64,000 nucleotides of DNA from a virus (taxonomy: Duplodnaviria > Caudoviricetes). Each line of letters begins with the position of its first letter. Positions within the stretch are counted from its first letter, which is position 1. Below, in pieces: positions 7,922 to 16,590 of the stretch. The DNA lies in the IMG/VR virus record IMGVR_UViG_2871871566_000003, positions 1-64,000 of that record, one strand, 5' to 3'. A program made the position numbers and the translations under genes. The notes beneath the pieces were generated by a model. The model was not told the origin of the DNA. It did no database searches and worked only from the letters and a program-made list of their open reading frames with translations.

Positions 7922-8646
7922 ATGAAGTTAATAGTCGTAAATAGCAATAGTCTTGGCAGTGCCTACGTACTGGAGGCTAGTAATGGTCAGCAGCTCTGTA
8001 TAGAGGCAGGTCGTCCGTTGCAGGAAGTAAAGAAAGTTGCAAACCTCAAAACATCAAAATGCGTGGGAGTGATTATAAGTCACTCCCACGGCTGAAAGGC
8101 GATCATGCAAAAAATGCCAAAGACTTTCTCAAAGCAGGAATCGATGCTTACTCTACCGAAGAGCTATCCGAGAAATGCAAGGGAGTAAAAGGTATGATTA
8201 AAGAACAGACCTATCATCTAGGTGCTTTCAGTATCACCCCGATGAAGGTAGAACACGATGTGCCTTGTTTCTCTTTCCTCATTCATCATCCGGAAATGGG
8301 AACCATGATGTTTTTCACCGATTGCTACAATATGGAAAATGTAGTTCAAGGGTGCCGGTACTTCTTGGCAGAATGCAACTATGATGATTCTCTCCTAGAG
8401 AAAGCCGTAAACGAAGGCAAGACGATAGTCAGCCAAGCCGACCGCATCCGTCTTTCCCACATGAGTCTAGCTCACTCTATCGAGTATCTCAACGAATGCA
8501 AGGCAGCCAATACCGCCAAGCGCATCGTCCTCATTCATGGTTCAGCACGCCATCTTAACCCTGATGTTGCCGTAAACAAATTCCAGCAGGTCCTCGGTGT
8601 TCCAACCGACTATGCTTGCAAGGGTTTAGTAATCAATCTAATGTAA
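7922..8646 (+). CDS. MBL-fold metallo-hydrolase split at the HxHxDH motif by an 8-nt insert (recoded gene or pseudogene)
   Basis: Frame A 7922-8095 ends ...ISHSHG-TGA; frame B resumes GGC GAT CAT at 8098 (GDHAK..., later TDCY, ECNY, HMS, LIHGS); removing 8 nt gives HSHGDH. Confidence 0.75.
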
Positions 8647-8656
8647 TTATAATAAT

Positions 8657-9088
8657 ATGAGTGTATACAATCCTAATGATCCTCGCGACTATCTGAGAAT
8701 CGTGAAGGAAGTTCAAAAAGCCAAAGAATGTGGGTATAATATCGAACTGAAGAAGTTCCACCCCATTCAGACCGATAAGCAGTCCAGTTATCTTCACTTC
8801 ATGATTAGCTATCTCGCCCTAAAGTTAGGGCAGACCTTCTACGAAACGCTTCGTGATATTCAGCGCAATGTTTGCAGCTACATCTTCTATACCGATGATG
8901 TAGACAAGACAGGCAACCGCAAATACAAGCCTCTCACTTCCCTCAATACAGCAGAGGCTAGCAGCGTTATCCGAAACGTGATAGATTACGCAAATGTCCG
9001 CAGTATCATGATTCCGGAACCCGATGATCAGGTAGGCTTGCAGTATTGCAAGCGAGAACTCGAGAACTCTGGTGCCGGTTGGGTATAA
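8657..9088 (+). CDS. NinB/Orf-like recombination accessory protein (tentative)
   Basis: QTDKQSSYLHFMISYLA resembles the RTxxQNxYLH motif; position after recT/MBL. Confidence 0.45.
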   Translation: MSVYNPNDPRDYLRIVKEVQKAKECGYNIELKKFHPIQTDKQSSYLHFMISYLALKLGQTFYETLRDIQRNVCSYIFYTDDVDKTGNRKYKPLTSLNTAEASSVIRNVIDYANVRSIMIPEPDDQVGLQYCKRELENSGAGWV

Positions 9089-9109
9089 ATCATCAAAATC
9101 ATATAGCTT

Positions 9110-9634
9110 ATGAAAACGTTAAAGGAAATCCATTCGGAGGCTAATAAATATTCGGAAAGCGAACCACTTCAAGATGCTTTTGTAGCTGGTGCAAGATGGG
9201 CGCTTACGAGTAAGTATTACAAGCCTTCTGAGTTGTTCAATAACAATACCGAAGTGGAGACGGTAGACTTGGAGGTTGAAGAATCTTCAGCTATCATCCA
9301 AACTGAGCCAGCTCCAACATTTGAGGAGTTTTGGGAAGCTTATTCTTATAAAAAAGGTAGAAAAAAGGCAGAAGAAAAGTGGAACAGACTAAAGCTAGCC
9401 GATAAATTAGCTTGCATGGCAGCCGTTCCTGCTTACGTGGCATCGACCCGCAAGCCGACCGACCCGATCGTACCTCATGCTAATATACCCTTCCGCATGC
9501 ATCCACTCACTTATCTGAATGGTGAAAGATGGGAAGACGAAATAGAAACACCTGTAAATTATGAACAACAACGGAATATCCAACGTTCAGAGCGCGCTGC
9601 CCGACTCATCGCGAGTGCCTATCATCAAGGATAA
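9110..9634 (+). CDS. Phage replication initiator-like protein
   Basis: FEEFWEAY..KKGRKKAEEKW ... HPLTYLNGERWEDE, a typical C-terminal replication-protein domain. Confidence 0.65.
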   Translation: MKTLKEIHSEANKYSESEPLQDAFVAGARWALTSKYYKPSELFNNNTEVETVDLEVEESSAIIQTEPAPTFEEFWEAYSYKKGRKKAEEKWNRLKLADKLACMAAVPAYVASTRKPTDPIVPHANIPFRMHPLTYLNGERWEDEIETPVNYEQQRNIQRSERAARLIASAYHQG

Positions 9635-10202
9635 GGCAAACTATCAGCGTCCTGCAACCTTAACTGAGGCTATAACGAAGAATAAGGAAACCATGTTGGA
9701 TATTCAGAAACGTGGTGGACTCAGAGACCTCGTAGGATGGGTAACAGGACGACTGATTGACCTTCTCTATTATCTGGGCGCCTACGATAATGCAACAGAT
9801 TATCAGATTCAGTTGCTTGCTCAGCGCATCTGTACAAAGTATTTCTACATAACTCCTGCCGAACTTGATTACTTCTTCGTAGCCTTCACCAATGGCGAAT
9901 ACAACAAGCTCATCAACAACGGTAAAACCATCAATCCTCAAGATATTATGAGAGGATTGATAGCTTACGAGGCAGACCTGCTGAAGGAGCGTGGAAGGGT
10001 AGAGGACGAGCGCAGAAAAGAAGAAGAGCGTCTGAAAGCGATAGAGAATGCAAAGAAGCCTCATGGCATAGAGGCATGGCGAAACTACTGCAAGTCGAAG
10101 GGTTTAGACCCCGATACGCATACATTGCCGTCCGTCAGCCTACATGATGTCAACAAGGAACTGAACATTCAAAATCCTGGAAGAATGACCGACTTAAGAT
10201 AA
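9561..10202 (+). CDS. Putative helicase loader/replication partner (DUF6633-like)
   Basis: YFYITPAELDYFF..FTNGEY motif; overlaps the initiator gene. Confidence 0.5.
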   Translation: MNNNGISNVQSALPDSSRVPIIKDKANYQRPATLTEAITKNKETMLDIQKRGGLRDLVGWVTGRLIDLLYYLGAYDNATDYQIQLLAQRICTKYFYITPAELDYFFVAFTNGEYNKLINNGKTINPQDIMRGLIAYEADLLKERGRVEDERRKEEERLKAIENAKKPHGIEAWRNYCKSKGLDPDTHTLPSVSLHDVNKELNIQNPGRMTDLR

Positions 10203-10216
10203 ACAAACAATAAAAA

Positions 10217-10615
10217 ATGAAAGTTATGAATACAATTCAAACAGATGTTATCATTGTGCTATCTATCCTGTGGTTGGTAGCTATAGCAATCGTCGTTGCA
10301 GACCGCATCAAATACCGCAAGTACTATTCTAGTAAAGGCAAGATGGTGGTCCTTCGCATCAACAATCCCGATGTACGGGACCGCCTCAACTCAGAGGGCT
10401 TATCTCTCTGTCAGTGTGCTTACTATAACACACACAAGTATCTCTACACCATCGAAGGTGATCGTATCTGTGGCTTCACCGAAGAATGCACCCATCTGAT
10501 AGAAGATGCCATCAAAAACCATCAAGAGGTAATTGATTGTGATATTGATGTCAGTAAGTTCGTGAACGAGGTCAAGAAGTTACAACAGGAGTACGGAACA
10601 AAAGAGGAGGAATAA
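10217..10615 (+). CDS. Hypothetical protein with N-terminal TM helix
   Basis: VIIVLSILWLVAIAIVVA; tight operon spacing. Confidence 0.65.
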   Translation: MKVMNTIQTDVIIVLSILWLVAIAIVVADRIKYRKYYSSKGKMVVLRINNPDVRDRLNSEGLSLCQCAYYNTHKYLYTIEGDRICGFTEECTHLIEDAIKNHQEVIDCDIDVSKFVNEVKKLQQEYGTKEEE

Positions 10616-10617
10616 GT

Positions 10618-10953
10618 ATGATAGACACAAAGGTTTTAGAAAAGATAGCACAACTTGATGATGCAGCAATACTACGACGTTTGCCAGATAATGAAAGGTC
10701 CTTCTTTGAATATGGCTTCCAGCGTGGGTATAACCGGGCTTTGAAGGATTTGTGGCATCCAAATACAGAAGAGCCAGATAAAGCCAAGAGCGATATTATT
10801 ACCCTTGGTTTTGATAACGATGCTTATCTACAATTTAAAGAATCCATTCTTTGGAATGAGGAATCTTGGAGACATTCGATTAGCAGATGCCAAATCATCA
10901 AATGGGCTTATTTATCTGATATATTGCCAAAGCAGGAAGGAGGTGAACAATGA
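10618..10953 (+). CDS. Hypothetical phage protein
   Basis: LWHPNTEEP ... KWAYLSDILPK, common phage small-ORF pattern. Confidence 0.65.
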   Translation: MIDTKVLEKIAQLDDAAILRRLPDNERSFFEYGFQRGYNRALKDLWHPNTEEPDKAKSDIITLGFDNDAYLQFKESILWNEESWRHSISRCQIIKWAYLSDILPKQEGGEQ

Positions 10954-11111
10954 AAACATTTGTGTTTGATGTTATGCTCGACGGAAGATTTGTCTGCACA
11001 TTAAAGTATAAATATTGTGCGCTCTTCCCGATAGATTTTGAAGAATTAGAGAAGTTCATTCTCAGTAAGAAACCTTCTCTGAAAGGAAAGGATTATAGAA
11101 TTGCGTTTTAA
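10950..11111 (+). CDS. Small hypothetical protein (53 aa, absent from ORF track)
   Basis: ATGA overlap with previous stop; MKTFVFDVMLDGRFVCTLKY... Confidence 0.6.
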   Translation: MKTFVFDVMLDGRFVCTLKYKYCALFPIDFEELEKFILSKKPSLKGKDYRIAF

Positions 11112-11123
11112 ATGAATAATAAT

Positions 11124-11288
11124 ATGAAAGTATTTAAGCTACTTCTTGTAAGTATTACTTATTTATTGATAGGAGTGTTAGAAGTGTACAGCTACTTTCT
11201 GTTTAAGGAAGATGTTATTGGCATATTTGCATTCCTTACTATTTGTGGTTTTATAGTAACTTTTATGTCAGAACTAGATAGTAAATAA
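11124..11288 (+). CDS. Small two-TM membrane protein (54 aa, absent from ORF track)
   Basis: MKVFKLLLVSITYLLIGVLEVYSYFLFKEDVIGIFAFLTICGFIVTFMSELDSK. Confidence 0.55.
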   Translation: MKVFKLLLVSITYLLIGVLEVYSYFLFKEDVIGIFAFLTICGFIVTFMSELDSK

Positions 11289-11300
11289 AAAGTAAAGCGT

Positions 11301-11720
11301 ATGGATAAATTAGAATATATTCCAGGAGATATAGTAAAAATTGAATATGGAGAAGCTACTGGAAAAATAGGTTTCGTAACAAATACTTTTTTAAGAAGAA
11401 AAGGTTGCTATAGTCTTGTCGTATTTATTGGTAAAGGGTTTCAATGTTCTTCTAAAGACGATTGGATTCAAACTTATAATGATGAGGTATCTCCGATTCC
11501 TCTCACTCCAGAGATTCTAGAGAAGAATGGATGGAAACTTAGTCATGGATTCTACTGGTCTCCAAATGAAGAAGGTGCAGAAGTAGGCTTATCAAGCCAA
11601 ACTGGTTATGTTTGGAATGCTTATATGAGAATCTATCCATTACGTAGTGGTATCAATAGTGTCTCTGATTTACAGCACCTCCTCTTCGGTCTTGGTATTA
11701 ATCACGAAATGGAGGTATAG
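11301..11720 (+). CDS. Hypothetical phage protein
   Basis: PIPLTPEILEKNGW ... VSDLQHLLFGLGI motif. Confidence 0.7.
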   Translation: MDKLEYIPGDIVKIEYGEATGKIGFVTNTFLRRKGCYSLVVFIGKGFQCSSKDDWIQTYNDEVSPIPLTPEILEKNGWKLSHGFYWSPNEEGAEVGLSSQTGYVWNAYMRIYPLRSGINSVSDLQHLLFGLGINHEMEV

Positions 11721-11723
11721 GTA

Positions 11724-11855
11724 ATGAGTGTAGCAACACAAGTAAACTACTGTTGTCCTTTCTACGGAAGAAAATGTTACCAATGCGGTTATTGGAATCG
11801 TAGAGGAAATGAATGTGAGATAATAACTCATCAAGACAGAAAAATTGGTGATTAA
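11724..11855 (+). CDS. Small Cys-rich protein (43 aa, absent from ORF track)
   Basis: MSVATQVNYCCPFYGRKCYQCGYWNRRGNECEII; fills the operon gap. Confidence 0.5.
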   Translation: MSVATQVNYCCPFYGRKCYQCGYWNRRGNECEIITHQDRKIGD

Positions 11856-11881
11856 CGCCTTCGGGCATAAATAGATAGAAT

Positions 11882-12097
11882 ATGAATATAGACAAATTAG
11901 AAAGAGCAAATATCTTAGCCAAGAGTTTAATTCCTAAAGTAAATGAACTCTTAAATATGTCTCCAAAATCAATGCGTAGTAGTCTTGCTGATGCTATTTG
12001 GGAGCTTTCAGAGTGTGATGAAGAGTTTAAAACCAAACTCAAGCAGATACTGAATGAAACAAAACAGAGATTTCAGAAAGAGTTTGACGAGCTTTAG
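11882..12097 (+). CDS. Hypothetical protein
   Basis: 71-aa helical ORF with A-rich leader. Confidence 0.65.
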   Translation: MNIDKLERANILAKSLIPKVNELLNMSPKSMRSSLADAIWELSECDEEFKTKLKQILNETKQRFQKEFDEL

Positions 12098-12134
12098 TAA
12101 CTAACCGTCCTTATAGGACATAAATATAAGTAAT

Positions 12135-12383
12135 ATGATTAAAAAGTACAGAAAGAAACCAGTTACCATTGAAGCTATTCAGTGGAATGGTAAGAATTTG
12201 TCTGAGATTGACAATTTTATGGGTGGAATCGTTGAAAACAAAGAAACTACCCTTGTAATTCATACCTTAGAGGGAGATATGGAAGCATCTATTGGTGACT
12301 ATATCATCAAAGGTGTAAACGGAGAATTCTATCCTTGTAAGCCTGATATTTTCGCCAAGACTTACGAGGAAGTAATAGAGTAA
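12135..12383 (+). CDS. Conserved phage protein (KYRKKP...GDYII / PGDYG-like)
   Basis: [15 protein letters not shown] ... [30 protein letters not shown]. Confidence 0.75.
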   Translation: MIKKYRKKPVTIEAIQWNGKNLSEIDNFMGGIVENKETTLVIHTLEGDMEASIGDYIIKGVNGEFYPCKPDIFAKTYEEVIE

Positions 12384-12429
12384 CTAACCACTCTCTCCTG
12401 CAAAAGGGAGAGGATAAAAAGAAGAGAAT

Positions 12430-12561
12430 ATGGATGCAAGTAAAATAACATTAAGTAGCTATATTGCATATCTTAAAGGTATGTATAAACGATATGGCAA
12501 TATAAGTATTGCGCAACTAAAGCACATAGAAAGAAACAGAAAAAAGGAGGGTAAGCAATGA
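12430..12561 (+). CDS. Small hypothetical protein (43 aa)
   Basis: MDASKITLSSYIAYLKGMYKRYGNISIAQLK; ATGA overlap with next ORF. Confidence 0.5.
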   Translation: MDASKITLSSYIAYLKGMYKRYGNISIAQLKHIERNRKKEGKQ

Positions 12562-12734
12562 GTAAAGAAAAAGCTATTGAGAAAATACAATATGCTGTAA
12601 TGCAAGTAGCTTCTGTATATGCCTGTTCTGCTATCTTTGATGAAAAGACAAAGATAATAGAAGGCAGACAGAAAGAACTTGAAAAAGCGATTATCAATTT
12701 GCATGATGCACTTAAAGAGTTGGAGAATGTGTAA
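12558..12734 (+). CDS. Small hypothetical protein (58 aa)
   Basis: MSKEKAIEKIQYA...LKELENV. Confidence 0.55.
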   Translation: MSKEKAIEKIQYAVMQVASVYACSAIFDEKTKIIEGRQKELEKAIINLHDALKELENV

Positions 12735-12753
12735 GAAATGATATTTAATCAAA

Positions 12754-13113
12754 GTGATTATGGATAAGAAGAAAGTTAAAGAGCTGATAGAGCAGGTATT
12801 GAATTACTGCGACCAATGTTATAACCATAATTGGCAACCAAAGTCATTTAAGGAGTTTATTAAGCTAGGCAATATCTGTAGAGAAGTCATCAAGGAAATA
12901 GATAAGTCAGACTGGGTATCTGTTAAGGATGGGTTGCCACCTTATGGAGAAGAAGTTTTTGTAACAAGCAAGATGGCTCCTGATAATGTTTTCAAAAACA
13001 GAAGAGTGGAATGCACTACCGTCCCAAAAGATGATAATGACTTCATCATCTTATGGGAAGGGAGAATGGCTCGTATCACTCATTGGAAACCTATTAAGAA
13101 ATTGGAGGACTAG
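12754..13113 (+). CDS. DUF551-like phage protein
   Basis: DWVSVKDGLP ... ITHWKPI. Confidence 0.7.
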   Translation: MIMDKKKVKELIEQVLNYCDQCYNHNWQPKSFKEFIKLGNICREVIKEIDKSDWVSVKDGLPPYGEEVFVTSKMAPDNVFKNRRVECTTVPKDDNDFIILWEGRMARITHWKPIKKLED

Positions 13114-13116
13114 AAT

Positions 13117-13527
13117 ATGGAGAAAATTTATAAAGGAGAAATTCAAATATTAATGCCTATCTTTCAGGCAATGATAGATGGTAAGACCATCCAAGTCAAG
13201 AATGGCAATGGTTGGATAGATATAGATGGTGACGAAGATGGCTTAAATCTTGATTCACTCATAGACTTTCAAGATTGCTATCGCATCAAGCCTAAACCAA
13301 GGTACCGTCCATTCAAGGATGCTGAGGAGTGTTGGCTGGTGATGCAGAAACATCAGCCTTTCGGGTGGATGAAGTTTAAAGATACAAAATGTGGGTATTA
13401 TATGCTTACAAATGTTTCGGCTGGCGTAGGAGTTGGCATTAATGATTCTCTATTCAGTTATGAGAGAATTTTTAATGATTACACCTTTGCCGATGGCACT
13501 CCATTTGGCGTAAAAGTGGAGGAATAG
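13117..13527 (+). CDS. Hypothetical Bacteroidota phage protein
   Basis: YRIKPKPRYRPFKDAEEC..MQKHQPFGW ... FADGTPFG. Confidence 0.7.
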   Translation: MEKIYKGEIQILMPIFQAMIDGKTIQVKNGNGWIDIDGDEDGLNLDSLIDFQDCYRIKPKPRYRPFKDAEECWLVMQKHQPFGWMKFKDTKCGYYMLTNVSAGVGVGINDSLFSYERIFNDYTFADGTPFGVKVEE

Positions 13528-13530
13528 ATT

Positions 13531-13674
13531 ATGATTCAAATACACAAACACGACAAGGGCGAATTGTATTCTATATACGGTTTCTTTATTGACCCCAATA
13601 AAGATGTGTGGGTTGACAAGAAACAACTTATGGAATTATACAATGAGATTAAGAAAATAAAAGAGGAGGAATAG
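13531..13674 (+). CDS. Small hypothetical protein (47 aa)
   Basis: Fills operon gap with 3-nt spacing. Confidence 0.5.
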   Translation: MIQIHKHDKGELYSIYGFFIDPNKDVWVDKKQLMELYNEIKKIKEEE

Positions 13675-13676
13675 TT

Positions 13677-13850
13677 ATGGCAAGAGAATTTGAAGTAAGT
13701 ATTAGAGTTACCATTGATTCTAAGTGCAAAGATAGTGACGATGGTATTATAGAAGCACTTGAGTATTGGGCAGATAAGTATTTTTATACACATTGTTGTA
13801 ATAATGGACATATAGAGAATACTTATAGTATCGCACGTAAAATTAAATAA
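13677..13850 (+). CDS. Small hypothetical protein (57 aa)
   Basis: MAREFEVSIRVTID...; 2-nt spacing on both sides. Confidence 0.5.
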   Translation: MAREFEVSIRVTIDSKCKDSDDGIIEALEYWADKYFYTHCCNNGHIENTYSIARKIK

Positions 13851-13852
13851 AA

Positions 13853-14290
13853 ATGGAAAGTATGCACGAAGAAATTATAGGAGCAGGAGTAGCTAACTTA
13901 TTTATTGAGCGAATGAAGTTAGAGGGATGGTTGCCAATTAAAGAGTATTTCAAGATGGAAAAACTTGGAATTGAGCTTGATTGGGTATTGGTTCTTACTA
14001 TGGAGAATGATGGATTTATCGCAATACCAATGGTAGCAGAATATCTTGTTCCACATAAATATAGTGGGCGAAAATCTGGTTGGTATAAAGATGATATTGA
14101 TAATCCAAATAGGAGAATTGACGATTGGACTAATGTCATCATGTTCAAACTTTTAGATAAGCCTTATATTGACGAAATAAGGGATTCTATTCTTGACAAA
14201 TATAAAGAGTCTGAAGGTGTTACAGATACTCATGCTTATAATTTGTCTTTCAATGAGACGGTTATTAAACAATGTAAGGGAATTAAATGA
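13853..14290 (+). CDS. Hypothetical protein
   Basis: 145-aa ORF in the operon. Confidence 0.6.
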   Translation: MESMHEEIIGAGVANLFIERMKLEGWLPIKEYFKMEKLGIELDWVLVLTMENDGFIAIPMVAEYLVPHKYSGRKSGWYKDDIDNPNRRIDDWTNVIMFKLLDKPYIDEIRDSILDKYKESEGVTDTHAYNLSFNETVIKQCKGIK

Positions 14291-14299
14291 TTATAGCGT

Positions 14300-14767
14300 A
14301 TGAAACAAAGAATATTAGATATGTGTTGCGGATCTCGTATGTTTTATTTCGATAAGCAAGACCCACAGGTTCTTTTTACCGACATAAGAGAATATCACGA
14401 CACATTATGTGATGGACGCAAATTAGACGTACAACCCGATATGATAGCCGATTGCACTAATTTGCCATTCGAAGATGAAACATTCAATATGGTTGTATTC
14501 GACCCTCCTCATCTGCTAAAAGTAGGACAGAACTCATGGTTATGCAAGAAATATGGTAAGCTGCCCGAAAATTGGCAAGCATTCATCAACGATTCTATCC
14601 ATGAGGGCATGAGGGTGCTGAAAACAAACGGAACACTCATTTTTAAGTGGAACGAGCAACAGATAAAGGTTAGTGATGTGCTAAAGGCAATCACCGATTA
14701 CAAACCTATATTCGGGCACCGTACCACCATCAAGAACCAAACTATTTGGATGGCATTCATGAAATAA
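14300..14767 (+). CDS. Orphan SAM-dependent (probably DNA N6-adenine) methyltransferase
   Basis: ILDMCCGSRM (motif I), FDPPH (motif IV), TLIFKW. Confidence 0.8.
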   Translation: MKQRILDMCCGSRMFYFDKQDPQVLFTDIREYHDTLCDGRKLDVQPDMIADCTNLPFEDETFNMVVFDPPHLLKVGQNSWLCKKYGKLPENWQAFINDSIHEGMRVLKTNGTLIFKWNEQQIKVSDVLKAITDYKPIFGHRTTIKNQTIWMAFMK

Positions 14768-14776
14768 ATAACCCAC

Positions 14777-14817
14777 AATCCCCACCCAGCTATCACAGCC
14801 GAGTGGGGATTTCTTTT
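14777..14817. terminator. Bidirectional terminator between early operon and lysis cassette
   Basis: AATCCCCAC ... GTGGGGATT stem between convergent stops, T-rich flanks. Confidence 0.7.
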
Positions 14818-14879
14818 CGCAATGAAACAATCTACTTAAAACCTAATTAATACAACTAACAAAAATAAAAAAGTAAAAT

Positions 14880-15191
14880 CTATACCAATCTATCTATATA
14901 TTTATCTAAATCCTTTTCGTACCAAACTAGCTCGGTCCATCCTTTCCGCTTTTTACCATTTGGCAGCCTGCCTTCTTTCACAAGGCGGTCAAAGGTAGCC
15001 CTAGAAACATGAACATATCCGCATGCCTCAGCCTTGCTGATAGGCTCGTCTTTGTTGGCTATGCGGTGCAGAAAATCTAACATGAAAGCATTTTGCTGTT
15101 TGTTAGTTAAGCATCTTCCGCTCTGAATCCGCTCATGAAATTCCATCAGGAGCGAATCAATCATCTGCAGTTCTTCGCTAATCTTCGCCAT
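14880..15191 (-). CDS. HTH (AlpA/excisionase-like) DNA-binding protein
   Basis: ISKAEACGYVHVSRATFDRLVKEGRLP. Confidence 0.65.
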   Translation of the reverse strand: MAKISEELQMIDSLLMEFHERIQSGRCLTNKQQNAFMLDFLHRIANKDEPISKAEACGYVHVSRATFDRLVKEGRLPNGKKRKGWTELVWYEKDLDKYIDRLV

Positions 15192-15194
15192 AAG

Positions 15195-15635
15195 CTAGCA
15201 CTTTTTGTTTCTATACCAGAGAGTGAACCCAATCGCGCAAGCCGCCAGTACGAACAGAAAGGCGATATAGCATCTGCCCAGCGACATCAGCCTTTGCTCG
15301 TTCTTCGTCAGTTGCCGCTCTATAGGATAAGGCACGGCTACAGAATCCCTCTTGATGATCGTGTCCGTCTTCACCTTATATATATTATGATACCGGTCCC
15401 GATAAACCACCTTATTATGGAAAACCGTATCACCCTTCTGAAAAACATATACCGAATCCTTCATGTAGATACTATCCAACTTAGCAAAAGTATCAGTTCT
15501 GCATACGTATTCAGTTCTAACAGAAGGAATCTTGATATATTCCTTCGTCTTGCATCCTGTAAATGCCAATAGGATAATTCCAATCACCAGCCCGATGCAA
15601 GCCAATTTCCAAAACCTTATGTCATACCATTTCAT
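15195..15635 (-). CDS. Unimolecular spanin-like lipoprotein
   Basis: Lipobox LAFTGC, beta-rich periplasmic DT repeats, C-terminal TM (YIAFLFVLAACAIGFTLW); directly after the endolysin. Confidence 0.7.
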   Translation of the reverse strand: MKWYDIRFWKLACIGLVIGIILLAFTGCKTKEYIKIPSVRTEYVCRTDTFAKLDSIYMKDSVYVFQKGDTVFHNKVVYRDRYHNIYKVKTDTIIKRDSVAVPYPIERQLTKNEQRLMSLGRCYIAFLFVLAACAIGFTLWYRNKKC

Positions 15636-15638
15636 AAG

Positions 15639-16082
15639 CTATATATCTTTGTATTCAACTTTAGCGTCAAAGCAAGGGCACTCCTTGATTCTCTCCCAAG
15701 GATCCACTACGCCGTTATGGTTCCTGTCGGGCGAAATATCTCTGTGCCCCAAGATTTCAGCATCCGGATATTTCTTCTTCAGCTGAGTGAGCAGAGTGAT
15801 AAGCGATTTCTTCTGCTCCTCAGTTCTGTTGTCTACCGCCTTTCCCTTCTTGTTGATGCCGCCAACATAAGCCACATTGATAGCCGTAGCATTATATCCC
15901 TTCACACCGTTGCTAACCATTTCTACCGGCAGCATCTGGTGAATCCCACCATCAGCAGTAATCACATAATGGTAGCCTGGGTTATTCCAACCTTTTCGCT
16001 TAAACTCATCCCAAAGCTCCTTCACGCCCCATTTCTGAGAAGAGGCACTGCAATGAACAAAAATTCTCTTAATCAGTCTCAT
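15639..16082 (-). CDS. Endolysin, N-acetylmuramoyl-L-alanine amidase (Amidase_2, T7-like)
   Basis: IFVHCSA, GYHYVI, GVKGYNA, ILGHRD, KECPCFD. Confidence 0.9.
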   Translation of the reverse strand: MRLIKRIFVHCSASSQKWGVKELWDEFKRKGWNNPGYHYVITADGGIHQMLPVEMVSNGVKGYNATAINVAYVGGINKKGKAVDNRTEEQKKSLITLLTQLKKKYPDAEILGHRDISPDRNHNGVVDPWERIKECPCFDAKVEYKDI

Positions 16083-16522
16083 TTCTTCTCCTCCTTTCCC
16101 TGCTCCTTTATAATCTCAGCAAAAGCTCTGGCCAAGTCTTCTTTGTTCTCCAGAAGAATGCTTACCGTCTTCTCCTGCTTCCGTATCTCAGCCTTCTGCC
16201 AGCTCTTCTCTCTTACGCTTACAAATTCACAGAACACGCAATAGCCTGCCCAAATCATAGAGAAGACAGGGAAGGGGAGAACCGTACAGGCTATCAGGTC
16301 TATGCAGACCGTCACCATGAAGGGAGAGAAGTATTTCCTCGCCTTGTCGCAAGTCTTCTTGAATCCTGTACTTGTCGTAGCCAGTCCGTTTTCTTTCGCT
16401 TTCTTGATGCCAAAGAACAGGTCCACGCCCATAGAAATGATAAGAGCACCCATGCAGATGGCAATAACCAATGCCGATCTGTACAGGTGCTCTTGTAAAA
16501 ATGTATGTACTATCTCTGCCAT
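16079..16522 (-). CDS. Holin
   Basis: Three hydrophobic segments, D..GI.KA motif, E..SV.E motif, charged C-terminus; overlaps amidase start. Confidence 0.75.
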   Translation of the reverse strand: MAEIVHTFLQEHLYRSALVIAICMGALIISMGVDLFFGIKKAKENGLATTSTGFKKTCDKARKYFSPFMVTVCIDLIACTVLPFPVFSMIWAGYCVFCEFVSVREKSWQKAEIRKQEKTVSILLENKEDLARAFAEIIKEQGKEEKK

Positions 16523-16548
16523 ATATCATTATTTTTGATTAATGGCTA

Positions 16549-16590
16549 CAAAGATAAAAGGCTTTTCAATAGCTTTTGCCGTGTTCCAAC
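16549..16590 (-). promoter_or_regulatory. Late promoter for lysis genes: 16-bp element plus -7 box
   Basis: GTTGGAACACGGCAAA (16590-16575), 18 nt, TATCTTTG (16556-16549). Confidence 0.75.

Noticed and set aside
8059-8100. ATG 8059 as the true start of the MBL gene
   Set aside because: It would omit the first beta-strands and the HxH half of the metal site, which are encoded in the upstream frame from 7922
8090-8100. Group I/II intron or selenocysteine read-through at the MBL break
   Set aside because: 8 nt is too short for a self-splicing intron, and read-through of TGA would stay in the wrong frame
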